The position numbers and the translations under genes were made by a program. Source: Polyangiaceae bacterium (lineage in GTDB: Bacteria > Myxococcota_A > Polyangia > Polyangiales > Polyangiaceae). Taken from it: a stretch of DNA of 64,000 nucleotides. Below, piece by piece: positions 36,783 through 45,695 of the stretch. Under the pieces are notes generated by a model. That model ran no database searches. It saw only the letters and a program-made list of their open reading frames with translations, and had not been told where the DNA came from. The stretch covers positions 1-64,000 of the forward strand of contig JANRKO010000008.1 in assembly GCA_033763455.1 (NCBI GenBank), given 5' to 3'. Position 1 is the stretch's first letter; the number at the start of each line of letters is the position of its first letter.

Positions 36783-37376
36783 ATGGGCAAAGCGCATAAG
36801 GGTTGGTCGTTTGGGTTGGGGGTTTCGGCTGTGCTCGTCCTTGGGGGCGCGTCCGCGCAATCCGCGCTGGCGCCGCATCCCGTGCTTCCCCAGGCTAGCG
36901 TCCGGGCATCGGCCCCGGATGCTGACCTTACACCTGAGCAAATGATGAGCGAAGCGAACGGGTACTTCCCGCAGATGGATCAAGGAGCTTCCAGCGTCCG
37001 GCGTCAGCTCAGTACCGCTCGCGAGCAGCGCGATGTGGTCAAGGTCCTATGTCTTAACGACAAGTTAACGCAAATCAATGTTGCCGTACGCTCGGCTCAG
37101 GATCGTGGCACTTCACTGAGAGCGGCTGTGTCGCGTGGCGATAAAGAACGTTCCCGGCATGAGTTCACTGTGCTGAAGGTGCTTAAGGATCGCGTCCGCA
37201 CCTTGGTTTCGGAATCCAATCAGTGCATTGGGGAAGAAGTCGGGTTTGTCGGCGAGTCTAATGTGACCGCCAATATTGATCCCAACATTCCCGACATCGA
37301 CCCGGGGGGACCCGGGATGTCGGGCGGCGCAATCCCAACCCCACCAACGCCAGTTGTCAGTAGCCCCATTCAGTAG
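36783..37376 (+). CDS. Exported helical hypothetical protein with a Cys pair and Pro-rich tail
   Basis: Signal peptide, amphipathic helices, and VLCLNDKL...NQCIGEE. Confidence 0.75.
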   Translation: MGKAHKGWSFGLGVSAVLVLGGASAQSALAPHPVLPQASVRASAPDADLTPEQMMSEANGYFPQMDQGASSVRRQLSTAREQRDVVKVLCLNDKLTQINVAVRSAQDRGTSLRAAVSRGDKERSRHEFTVLKVLKDRVRTLVSESNQCIGEEVGFVGESNVTANIDPNIPDIDPGGPGMSGGAIPTPPTPVVSSPIQ

Positions 37377-37414
37377 TTCTCCTTTGACTAGAGGCCGGCT
37401 GGCCTCACGGAATC

Positions 37415-38770
37415 ATGAAGTACTTTCTTGTCCTCGCGGCAGTTCTTGCTGCAGCAACAACCCTTGAGCAGGCATCCGCACAGCAGCCGTGGATTGCGGA
37501 TCGCCGCTATGGGGAGGGCATTGGGATTCGCACCGGAGATCTTGAGGTGCATCCCGGTATTTCGGGTGAGTTCGGGTATGATTCCAACTATTTCCAGCGC
37601 GCACCGGAAGAAGATGTCACCGGCGCCTTGCGCTTGCGAATCTCTCCCCACTTGAACTTGTCCACGCTCGGGGCCCAGCGGCGCGGGGCTGGTGGTGGTA
37701 CTGGGGCCCCGCCGACTGTTAGCTTTCAGGGCGGCCTTTCTGCTTCGTACAACGAGTTTTTCGCGACCGACTCCAAGTATTCGAGCGATGTATCCCAACA
37801 GAGAAACCTCGAGGGTGGAGCCAATCTGAAGTTGGATATCCTGCCGGAGCGTCCGTGGGGCGGGGACATTCACGCGGGTTTTACGCGCGCAGTTGACCCA
37901 TCAAATTCTGCGATTCTTGATAGTTCGTTCGATCGGGATACGTTGGTGGTGGGCCCCGGGGTGAGCTGGCGCCCGGGCGGCGGCATGTTCGAGTGGCGCT
38001 TTGGCTACCGGTACACGTACAACATGTTTGAGCGTCAGGCCTACAAGAACCTGAACAACTCAATTCACCAGCTTGAAACCAGCGGTCGCTGGCGATTCTT
38101 TCCGCGCACAGCCGTTCTCTATGATGGGCATTATGCGTTTGCGAATTACGCCAACTCGACAACGCAGAACAACAGCGAATCGCTTCGCGCTCGGATGGGT
38201 CTCAACGGGCTCATTACGAACCGGTTCTCGTTGATGGGCATGCTCGGTTGGGCCCAGAGCTACTATGAACGAACCGTTGCGCCTCCGCAGAATTACGACA
38301 ACTTGATCGCCGTGGGGGAGCTCAGGTGGTTCCTATTGCCGCGCGCCACACTAGATCCGACCGCTGCCACGATTGGCCTTTCCTCGATTGCAGCGGGCTA
38401 CACGCGCGATTTTCGCGGCAGCTATCTCGGTGATTTTTCGCAGACCGATCGCGGTTATCTCTCGGTGGAGTACTTTGCTGCCGGCACGGTGCTGCTGTCG
38501 CTCCAGGGGGGCGTCGCGCAGGTGGGTTACCCTCAGAGCTTTGGTCCAGGCGGCGCTCCGCTTAACGCCTCGTTCTCTGAAACTCGGGTGGATGCAAGCT
38601 TGTTCGGTGAATACCGCTTGAGCGATTCCATAGCAGTCAACGGTACCCTACGGTACGACGCCAACCTTTCTGACTCCCGGGTGCGTACCAGCCTCACAGA
38701 CCCTAACGCTACGGATAATCTCAAGTTTAGTCGTTTGCAGGCGTGGGCTGGCTTGCGCTGGTTCATGTAG
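37415..38770 (+). CDS. Outer-membrane beta-barrel, Wzp/EpsX/ExoB-type polysaccharide secretion porin
   Basis: Signal peptide, N-terminal HPGISGEFGYDSN motif, many amphipathic strands and an aromatic C-terminus (AGLRWFM). Directly precedes an OPX gene. Confidence 0.75.
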   Translation: MKYFLVLAAVLAAATTLEQASAQQPWIADRRYGEGIGIRTGDLEVHPGISGEFGYDSNYFQRAPEEDVTGALRLRISPHLNLSTLGAQRRGAGGGTGAPPTVSFQGGLSASYNEFFATDSKYSSDVSQQRNLEGGANLKLDILPERPWGGDIHAGFTRAVDPSNSAILDSSFDRDTLVVGPGVSWRPGGGMFEWRFGYRYTYNMFERQAYKNLNNSIHQLETSGRWRFFPRTAVLYDGHYAFANYANSTTQNNSESLRARMGLNGLITNRFSLMGMLGWAQSYYERTVAPPQNYDNLIAVGELRWFLLPRATLDPTAATIGLSSIAAGYTRDFRGSYLGDFSQTDRGYLSVEYFAAGTVLLSLQGGVAQVGYPQSFGPGGAPLNASFSETRVDASLFGEYRLSDSIAVNGTLRYDANLSDSRVRTSLTDPNATDNLKFSRLQAWAGLRWFM

Positions 38771-38829
38771 CGATAGTTCTTGGGCCAAGCGCTCCCGTTC
38801 TGGGGCACTATCTGCTACGAGAGGCTTTG

Positions 38830-39435
38830 ATGTCGCTCTTCTTCCAGCGTCTACTGATCTGTACGCTATGCCTTCTAAGTTGCGCTGTCGGGTGTTCTGC
38901 TCACTCGGATAACGCAAGCGTCCGCCTGCCCGATCCCGTCGAGAGCTCAACGCTTGGGCCAGGGGACGTATTTCGGATGGAAATCGTCGGGGAGAAGGAT
39001 TTGCCTCAGGAGTACCAAGTGGCCTCCGACGGCAGCGTTGATCTGCCCTACCTCCACACCGTCATGGTCAGCGGATTGGAGCCACAAGTGGTGGCACGTT
39101 TGGTTCGTAAGCTTCTCATTGAGCAGAAGTTTCTGACGGATCCGAGCGTCATCGTTTCGGTGAAGGAATACAACAGCAAACGGGTTACGGTGCTAGGTCA
39201 GGTCCAAAAGCCTGGAAGCTTTCCGCTTACGCCTGGGCTCACTCTCATCCAGGCCATCTCGTTGGCTGGCGGCTTCAATTCCATTGCCGCGGGTGATCAG
39301 GTGAATCTTACTCGCAAGACCAAGTCTGGGTCGAAAACAGTGGTCGTTAGCATCGACGCCATCACGGACGGCCGGGCACAGGATATTCCGCTTCAAGCGA
39401 GCGACCAGATATTCGTGCGCGAGCGTGTTTTCTAA
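38830..39435 (+). CDS. wza: Short polysaccharide export protein (OPX/Wza-like; Poly_export + SLBB, no C-terminal OM helix)
   Basis: Lipobox AVGC, LGPGDVF...VASDGSVDLPYL and VTVLGQVQKPG...LIQAISLAGG. Ends at DQIFVRERVF. Confidence 0.9.
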   Translation: MSLFFQRLLICTLCLLSCAVGCSAHSDNASVRLPDPVESSTLGPGDVFRMEIVGEKDLPQEYQVASDGSVDLPYLHTVMVSGLEPQVVARLVRKLLIEQKFLTDPSVIVSVKEYNSKRVTVLGQVQKPGSFPLTPGLTLIQAISLAGGFNSIAAGDQVNLTRKTKSGSKTVVVSIDAITDGRAQDIPLQASDQIFVRERVF

Positions 39436-39476
39436 CTCGCGTATTTCATCAAAAAGCGGTTCGGGTAAGTGGTGAT

Positions 39477-40097
39477 GTGGTGTTGATCTCAGACCAATTC
39501 CCTCTCCTGCTTGGCTCAGCCTCGCCTCGGCGTCGCGATCTGCTTTCAGGGTTGGGGCTGCCAATTCGCGTTTTCCCTCGTGACATCGACGAATCCGTGC
39601 GGGCTGGAGAGGGAGCGATGGCTTATTTGGAGCGTATCGTAGAAGCCAAGCAGGTCGCCGTTTGGAATGAGTTCAGCACTGAGCCTGAGCCGCCTTTTAC
39701 AGCGATCCTAGTGGCGGACACCGTGGTGGTGCTGGATGAGCAAATCCTGGGTAAGCCCACCGACATAGCGCACGCTTTTTTGCTTCTACAGAAACTTGCG
39801 GGCAGAACGCACCGAGTCATGACTCGTTTCGTGCTTCGCGATCGAAACCCCCTGGGCCCGAAAATCGGGCACACCGTGACCACTGAAGTAACGCTCGCCA
39901 ATCCCGGTGAAACTTGCCTCCGGCGCTACGCAGCGACCGGAGAGGGGCTCGACAAAGCTGGAGCTTATGCGGCGCAGGGCATCGGTGCTTTTTTGGTGGA
40001 GCGCCTGGTCGGTTCCTACACGAACGTTGTGGGCCTGCCAGTGAGCCACGTCGTTGAGGCATTGGTGAGTGCTGGCTGGTTGAAAGATTTCCCGTGA
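39477..40097 (+). CDS. maf: Maf family nucleoside triphosphate pyrophosphatase
   Basis: LGSASPRRRDLL, ADTVV, ILGKP, DKAGAYAAQG and SYTNVVGLP motifs. Confidence 0.93.
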   Translation: MVLISDQFPLLLGSASPRRRDLLSGLGLPIRVFPRDIDESVRAGEGAMAYLERIVEAKQVAVWNEFSTEPEPPFTAILVADTVVVLDEQILGKPTDIAHAFLLLQKLAGRTHRVMTRFVLRDRNPLGPKIGHTVTTEVTLANPGETCLRRYAATGEGLDKAGAYAAQGIGAFLVERLVGSYTNVVGLPVSHVVEALVSAGWLKDFP

Positions 40098-41542
40098 CGA
40101 ACTCTGGGGTAGAGGCTCCGAGCTCGCTGCGTGAGTCGAACCAAGAGACGCTTGCTGGTGCTCCCGAGCAATGGTCAGTACGCGATCCTTCGAGCGGCTG
40201 GGGGCAGGCATGCCTTCTCGCCGCGCTTGGCTTAGCGCTTCGACTGGCGATCGCCATTTGGGGCAGCGCCAGATTCCCTCCGAGCGATGATGGCAGCTTC
40301 TACCACGTGGTAGCCCAGCGCATTGCTCAAGGCTTCGGCTACACCTGGCTTTGGCCTGATGGCAGCGTCACTTACGCTGCTCACTATCCGGTGGGCTACC
40401 CCGGGATGGTCGGAGCAGCTTACGCTGTGTTTGGGCATCTCCCACTTGTGGCGATGTGTCTCAACGCGTGTGTCGGCGCGTTGGGTGTGCTTGCCGTTCA
40501 TCGACTGCTGCATGCTGAAGCCAACTCCCGCGTTGCCTGGATCGGAGGGCTGGCGGTAGCGCTCAATCCGACGCTACTTTTTTATACCCCTGCGCTCATG
40601 ACGGAAGGTGTTGTGGCGGCGGGCCTGGCGTTGCTGGCCTGGGCGTGCGTTCCGCGCGCGGACCTTCGTGGGCTCTGGCTTTGGTTGCTAACCGTGGGGA
40701 GCTTGGGCGGCCTTTTGACCCTTCTTCGCCCCCAAAGCCTACTGCTGGTGGCAGCGCTTGCGTTCGTGAGCGCTCACCGCGAACGCTGGTTTCTTCGCGC
40801 CGGGCGGGCTCTCGCGGTAACGATCATCGCATGTGCGGTCTGCTTGCCCTGGACGCTCCGCAATTGCGAACGGCTTGAACGCTGCGTGTTGGTCAGCGCG
40901 AACGGGGGGTGGAATCTCCTCATTGGAACCTCGGAGAAAGCGCAAGGCGGATGGATTTCTGTTGACGAAATGGGCGTTCCGGAGAAGTGCAGGAACGTGT
41001 TTCAGGAGGCGCACAAGGACGCTTGCTTTGGGCACGCGGGAGTAACACGGATCCTGCAAGATCCGATTGCTTGGCTGCGCCTCGTTCCGAGCAAGCTGGG
41101 GAATACGTTCAACTACGCCACGCCCGCCGCCTATTACCTTGGGGCGGCGAATTCGAATGCCTTTCCTGAAGCGCCCCGCACCTGGCTGGGTGCAGCAGAG
41201 CTTCTCTCGACTCGCTTGGCCACGGGGGCGGCACTCATGGCTTGCGGGCGTCGCCGAATTTCCGGCCGCAAATGGCGATGGTGGCTCATGTTGGGTGGGG
41301 TCTTGGCTCTGGTCACCCCTTGGGCTTGGCTTAGCTTTGTCTGCCTAGCCATCTTGGGTCTTTTCTCGGGGTCCACTGTCGGGCGTTTTGCTGGTGCCAC
41401 TGTTGCGGTCACCGCCCTGACCCACGCCGTGTTCTTTGGGGCCTCTCGGTATGCGTTGGTTTGTCTTCCGCTGCTGATTGCCCTGGCTGCCCAAGTTTTG
41501 CGCTCCAAGGACGCCGAATCGCCCCGACAGTTGGTCAGTTGA
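40094..41542 (+). CDS. GT-C-like membrane glycosyltransferase (GT39/ArnT-like)
   Basis: DD..FYH..A..IAQG.G, YPVGYP, LMTE, LLRP and PWTLRN motifs, with multiple TMs. Confidence 0.7.
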   Translation: MTNSGVEAPSSLRESNQETLAGAPEQWSVRDPSSGWGQACLLAALGLALRLAIAIWGSARFPPSDDGSFYHVVAQRIAQGFGYTWLWPDGSVTYAAHYPVGYPGMVGAAYAVFGHLPLVAMCLNACVGALGVLAVHRLLHAEANSRVAWIGGLAVALNPTLLFYTPALMTEGVVAAGLALLAWACVPRADLRGLWLWLLTVGSLGGLLTLLRPQSLLLVAALAFVSAHRERWFLRAGRALAVTIIACAVCLPWTLRNCERLERCVLVSANGGWNLLIGTSEKAQGGWISVDEMGVPEKCRNVFQEAHKDACFGHAGVTRILQDPIAWLRLVPSKLGNTFNYATPAAYYLGAANSNAFPEAPRTWLGAAELLSTRLATGAALMACGRRRISGRKWRWWLMLGGVLALVTPWAWLSFVCLAILGLFSGSTVGRFAGATVAVTALTHAVFFGASRYALVCLPLLIALAAQVLRSKDAESPRQLVS

Positions 41543-41584
41543 CTCATGGTTTTCGACTTCTTGCTTGAAGTGCCCAAGGTCTTT

Positions 41585-41614
41585 TTGACAGACCGGTGCG
41601 TCGCGAGCGATACT
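41585..41614 (+). promoter_or_regulatory. Putative sigma70 promoter
   Basis: TTGACA (41585-41590), 18-bp spacer, GATACT (41609-41614), with an AAGGAG RBS before the ATG at 41636. Confidence 0.5.
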
Positions 41615-41635
41615 ACCCGTTAGAAGGAGAGCCAG

Positions 41636-41899
41636 ATGCCGCTTATCGAAACCGAAGAAGGTGCACGTCGTCTCGCCCGCGCTATTGCGAGTGACCTCTC
41701 GCTCTACAACGAGGAAAAGATCATTCGCGGCATCGAGACAGATAGCCTGTTTGAAGAACTCAACGAAGAAATCCAAGAGGGGCGCGCCCTCTACAAGAGC
41801 CGTGTGTCTCCGGATCTCTACCGAAAGAATTTTTACGACCGCGCACTCGTGGATATTCTCGTGAAGTCCAAAGGGCACATAAAGAGCAAGCTTTGGTGA
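41636..41899 (+). CDS. Small hypothetical protein (87 aa, ARRLARAIASDLSLYN motif)
   Basis: Strong RBS, GC3-biased codons, upstream of rluD. Confidence 0.8.
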   Translation: MPLIETEEGARRLARAIASDLSLYNEEKIIRGIETDSLFEELNEEIQEGRALYKSRVSPDLYRKNFYDRALVDILVKSKGHIKSKLW

Positions 41900-41908
41900 A
41901 GAGTCTGT

Positions 41909-42862
41909 ATGTCGCTTTCGTTCGTGCTTGACGACACGCAAGCGCGACAACGCATCGACAAGGTATTGCACCAGTTCTTGCCTGATACGTCGCGGGTCAC
42001 GCTGCAACGCTGGATGGCGGAGGGGCGTGTGCTTGTTTCAGGGCGTCCGTGTCGCCCAAGTGATCTGGTTGGGCCAGGTGCTGTGATTTGGGTCGATCCT
42101 GGCGCTCCGTTGCCATCGGAGGCGGCGCCTGATCCAAGTGTGGTGCTCGACGTGTTGTTTGAAGATGCCTTCTTGATGGTCATCAACAAGCCGGCCGGGC
42201 TCGTTGTGCATCCGGCGCGGGGGCATTGGAGTGGCACATTGGTGAACGGTCTTTTGGCCCGCAGTAGTTTCTCGCGGGAGGCCTTGGGGTCAGACGCCGC
42301 CGCACTTCTTCGGCCCGGAATTGTGCATCGGCTCGATAGGGACACGAGCGGAGTCATTATGGTCGCGAAAACGGAGGCTGCGCGCGAAGGCCTCAAATCC
42401 CAACTCGCCGCGCGCACCGTCGAGCGGTTGTATCGCGGCATTACGCTGGGTGTCCCGAGCAATGCCATTATCCGTACCCTTCACGCACGCAATCCGCACT
42501 CGCGCCTGAAGTTCACGTCACACGCCGAAGTGGGAAAATCAGCCGTCACTCGCGTGACCGTCCTGGAAAAGCTCGCCAGTGGTCGCGCGGCTTTGATTGA
42601 GTGCCGCCTGGAGACAGGACGGACACATCAGATCCGAGTGCATCTCTCCGAGCAATCTAAGACGCCTCTCATCGCAGATGCGCTCTATGGGCGTGTCTCG
42701 AACGATCCCCAACTAGCAGCCATTGGCACACGGTTGGGCCGCCATGCGCTGCACGCGGAAGTGCTTGGTTTCGTGCATCCTATAACGCACGAAGCGCTGC
42801 GGTTCTCGGTGCCGTTTCCCGCCGATCTCGCCGAAACGCTCAGTGCGCTCCGGGCACTCTAA
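41909..42862 (+). CDS. rluD: RluA/RluD family 23S rRNA pseudouridine synthase
   Basis: S4-like N-terminus, NKPAGLVVHP, HRLDRDTSG, ETGRTHQIRVH and LHA motifs. Confidence 0.93.
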   Translation: MSLSFVLDDTQARQRIDKVLHQFLPDTSRVTLQRWMAEGRVLVSGRPCRPSDLVGPGAVIWVDPGAPLPSEAAPDPSVVLDVLFEDAFLMVINKPAGLVVHPARGHWSGTLVNGLLARSSFSREALGSDAAALLRPGIVHRLDRDTSGVIMVAKTEAAREGLKSQLAARTVERLYRGITLGVPSNAIIRTLHARNPHSRLKFTSHAEVGKSAVTRVTVLEKLASGRAALIECRLETGRTHQIRVHLSEQSKTPLIADALYGRVSNDPQLAAIGTRLGRHALHAEVLGFVHPITHEALRFSVPFPADLAETLSALRAL

Positions 42863-43835
42863 TTTCGTCGGGCTCCGGAATCTTCCCGGCAAAAAGAGTC
42901 GGATGCTTGAGCTTTAGGAAGAAGAGCGCCACAAATCCCACAAAGACAGCCCACCAGAGCGTCGCGAATCGAATTAACATCATCGATGCTGTGGCGGCAC
43001 CCGTGGTGACTGCCCCAAGATGCACCATTTGCTCATGCAGCATGGCTTCGGTTACGCCAAGGCCACCGGGTACAGGGATTATCGCTCCTGCGAGCGTAGC
43101 CGTAGCGTAGAAAAACACGGCGCGCGCAAGAGGGACTTCGAGTCCAAACCCGTTGAGCAGTGTGGAGAGCGCTAACCCTTCAAGCCCCCAACCAACAACG
43201 GATAGGAGCGCCGGCCAAAGCAAGGCAGAAGGTGCAGCGACCAAGCGCAAGCTCACCAAGGCATCTCTCAATTTGGGTGCGAAGCGCACGAGCTTGCCTT
43301 GGGATTTTTCAATACGTGCCAGCACCCACTCAAGTGGCTTGGGCCAAATCACTATAACCAGGCCGACTCCAACTGCCGCCAGGCCAGCCAACGCCCAGGG
43401 CAACCCGCCGCTGAAGCCAACGCTACCGAGCAAAATGAGAAGCACGACACCGATCACGTCTGTGAGGCGTTCAGCGAAAACGATAGGGGCGGTTCTTGCG
43501 GCGGGCACCTGATGTGTTTCGGAAAGCACCGCGCTTTTGAATACCTCGCCGATTTTTCCAGGAGTGATGGTGAGTACAAAGCCAGAAAGGAAGGCGAGCA
43601 AGCTATCGATCTTGGGAATACCGCGGATGTTGAGGCGTGCCAGGTAGTATTCCCACTTCAGGAAACGAAGCAGATAATTGGTAGTGGCGAGCGCGAGGGC
43701 TAGCGCGAAGGCACTCCAATGAAAGTGCACGAGGCTTTGGGCTATCTTGCTGTAGCCGGTATACAGCACAAACGCCCCGTACAAGAGCACACCGAGCAGC
43801 ACCGCCACCAAGAGGCGAGTGACCAGGTTTTTCAT
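42840..43835 (-). CDS. Lysylphosphatidylglycerol synthase TM-domain / flippase-like protein (UPF0104)
   Basis: TPGKIGE, ERLTD, PGGLGVTEA and RFATLW motifs, about 8 TMs. Confidence 0.82.
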   Translation of the reverse strand: MKNLVTRLLVAVLLGVLLYGAFVLYTGYSKIAQSLVHFHWSAFALALALATTNYLLRFLKWEYYLARLNIRGIPKIDSLLAFLSGFVLTITPGKIGEVFKSAVLSETHQVPAARTAPIVFAERLTDVIGVVLLILLGSVGFSGGLPWALAGLAAVGVGLVIVIWPKPLEWVLARIEKSQGKLVRFAPKLRDALVSLRLVAAPSALLWPALLSVVGWGLEGLALSTLLNGFGLEVPLARAVFFYATATLAGAIIPVPGGLGVTEAMLHEQMVHLGAVTTGAATASMMLIRFATLWWAVFVGFVALFFLKLKHPTLFAGKIPEPDEIRVPGAH

Positions 43836-44032
43836 CGGTCGCACAGATGCCTGACCCCGTAGCGGAAGTACAGGGCTGAAGGCGCCTCTCGCTGGCGAGA
43901 CTCGTTCGCGCGGCCTTTCGGTCGGCTCAATCGGTCCTAGCCGCTGCCTTCGCATTGGATCTCGGCCGTTTGATGCTACCCTCCGCCCGCCTCGCTCCGC
44001 CCCTTTAGAGCCCTCGGACCGGTCCCCTTTTC

Positions 44033-45043
44033 ATGAGTCTCGAAACATCCTCATCCTCCTCTGACGTTGAACTGCTTGAGATCTGCGCCGCTGCGTGCAA
44101 GCGATTAAAGAGCCAAGTCTCCCGAGTTGTGGTTGGGCAGTCTGCGACGGTAGATAGCTTGCTCGTAGCTTTGCTCTCGCGCAGCCACGCATTGCTCGTA
44201 GGTGTTCCTGGCTTGGCAAAAACGCTCTTGGTTTCGAGCGTTTCGCAAGCATTGGGCCTCTCATTTGGCCGCGTCCAGTTTACTCCAGATTTGCTGCCCG
44301 CTGACATTACGGGAACCGACGTGCTGACAGAGGTGGAGAGCCAGGGTGGGGTTCGTCGACAGCTTAGCTTCATGCCCGGTCCCATTTTTCACAACCTGAT
44401 CCTAGCTGACGAAATCAACCGCACGCCGCCCAAGACACAGGCCGCCCTCCTTCAAGCAATGCAGGAACGCCACGTGACGGTGGGTGGCTCAACCCACGCG
44501 CTGCCGGATCCATTTCTCGTGTTCGCGACACGCAATCCAATTGAACAAGAAGGCACGTACCCGTTGCCAGAAGCACAGCTCGACCGGTTCCTGTTGGAAG
44601 TACACGTTGAATATCCCTCTGAGGCTGAAGAGCAGGAAATTTCTCGACGCACCACTTCTGGTCCCGTAAGTGTGATTGAGCCCGTGGTCTCCAAGGAGGA
44701 GCTCGGCCGTCTAACCGCGCTCGTGCCGCGGATCCCCGTAACCGAGGAGGCCGTGAAGCTGGCCGTGCGCATTGCGCGAGCCTCCCGTCCGGAGAACCCT
44801 CAAGCCCCGAAGGAAGTGACCGAATATGTTCGTTTCGGGGCAGGGCCTCGCGGGAGCCAGGCGCTCGTGTTGGCCGCCAAAGCCTGGGCTGCGTTGAGGG
44901 GCGAGGCGGCCGCCGATATCGAAGACATCGAAAGCGTGGCGTTGTCAGCTATGCGGCATCGGCTTGTCTTGAGTTATCGGGCGGAGGCTGACGGGGTGAA
45001 AGACCAAGACGTGCTCCGAGCCATCCTGGGTCAGGTTCGCTAA
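44033..45043 (+). CDS. moxR: MoxR family AAA+ ATPase
   Basis: [38 protein letters not shown] and [19 protein letters not shown] motifs. Confidence 0.93.
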   Translation: MSLETSSSSSDVELLEICAAACKRLKSQVSRVVVGQSATVDSLLVALLSRSHALLVGVPGLAKTLLVSSVSQALGLSFGRVQFTPDLLPADITGTDVLTEVESQGGVRRQLSFMPGPIFHNLILADEINRTPPKTQAALLQAMQERHVTVGGSTHALPDPFLVFATRNPIEQEGTYPLPEAQLDRFLLEVHVEYPSEAEEQEISRRTTSGPVSVIEPVVSKEELGRLTALVPRIPVTEEAVKLAVRIARASRPENPQAPKEVTEYVRFGAGPRGSQALVLAAKAWAALRGEAAADIEDIESVALSAMRHRLVLSYRAEADGVKDQDVLRAILGQVR

Positions 45044-45163
45044 ATGAGGCTTGCCCACCCGAGGCGGGTTTGGCACGGTCCGCGGAAATTCGGGAATGCC
45101 CCTAGCCAGTGTCGCGTTCCATCTATTTGGGATTTCGGTAAGTAGCGTAAGGAAAAGCGGGAC

Positions 45164-45661
45164 ATGTTCAGAACGAAACTTGCAGCGTTTACCCTCTTCG
45201 TAGCTCTGTGTCTCCCGGGGCTAGCTCTCCTTGGTGGGTGCGCCACACGCAACATCCCCGACACGGATGTGGCGGACTCGGAGTTTAACCGCAGGGTTCT
45301 CGATTTTTGTGAGACGTACCGCAAGGCCGTTGAACGCCGCAGCATTGGGCAGCTCGCGAGCTTGGCCGCGCCTACGTACTACGAAGACGGTGGCAACGCA
45401 GATTCCTCTGACGACATGGGGCTGGAAGAGTTCAAAGCGTCGCTCAAAGATGTGTTCGCCAAGGCGCGAGCTATCCGGTACGAAATTCGCTATCGCCGCA
45501 TCGGGCGCGGTGAAAAAAATGAAGTCTATGTCGACTACACATACAGCGCCTCGTACAAGGTTCCGACTGAAAACGGCGATGTTTGGCGAAGGCGCGTGGC
45601 CGAGAATCGGCTAGAGCTGATCGAGAACGGCGAAACATTCCGCATCGTTGCGGGCATGTGA
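45164..45661 (+). CDS. Lipoprotein with probable NTF2-like fold
   Basis: Lipobox LGGC. YRKAVE...L..LA...YYED helices followed by beta strands. Confidence 0.65.
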   Translation: MFRTKLAAFTLFVALCLPGLALLGGCATRNIPDTDVADSEFNRRVLDFCETYRKAVERRSIGQLASLAAPTYYEDGGNADSSDDMGLEEFKASLKDVFAKARAIRYEIRYRRIGRGEKNEVYVDYTYSASYKVPTENGDVWRRRVAENRLELIENGETFRIVAGM

Positions 45662-45695
45662 ACCGCGACGCCAATTTCTGGACTGAGGCGCGGAG

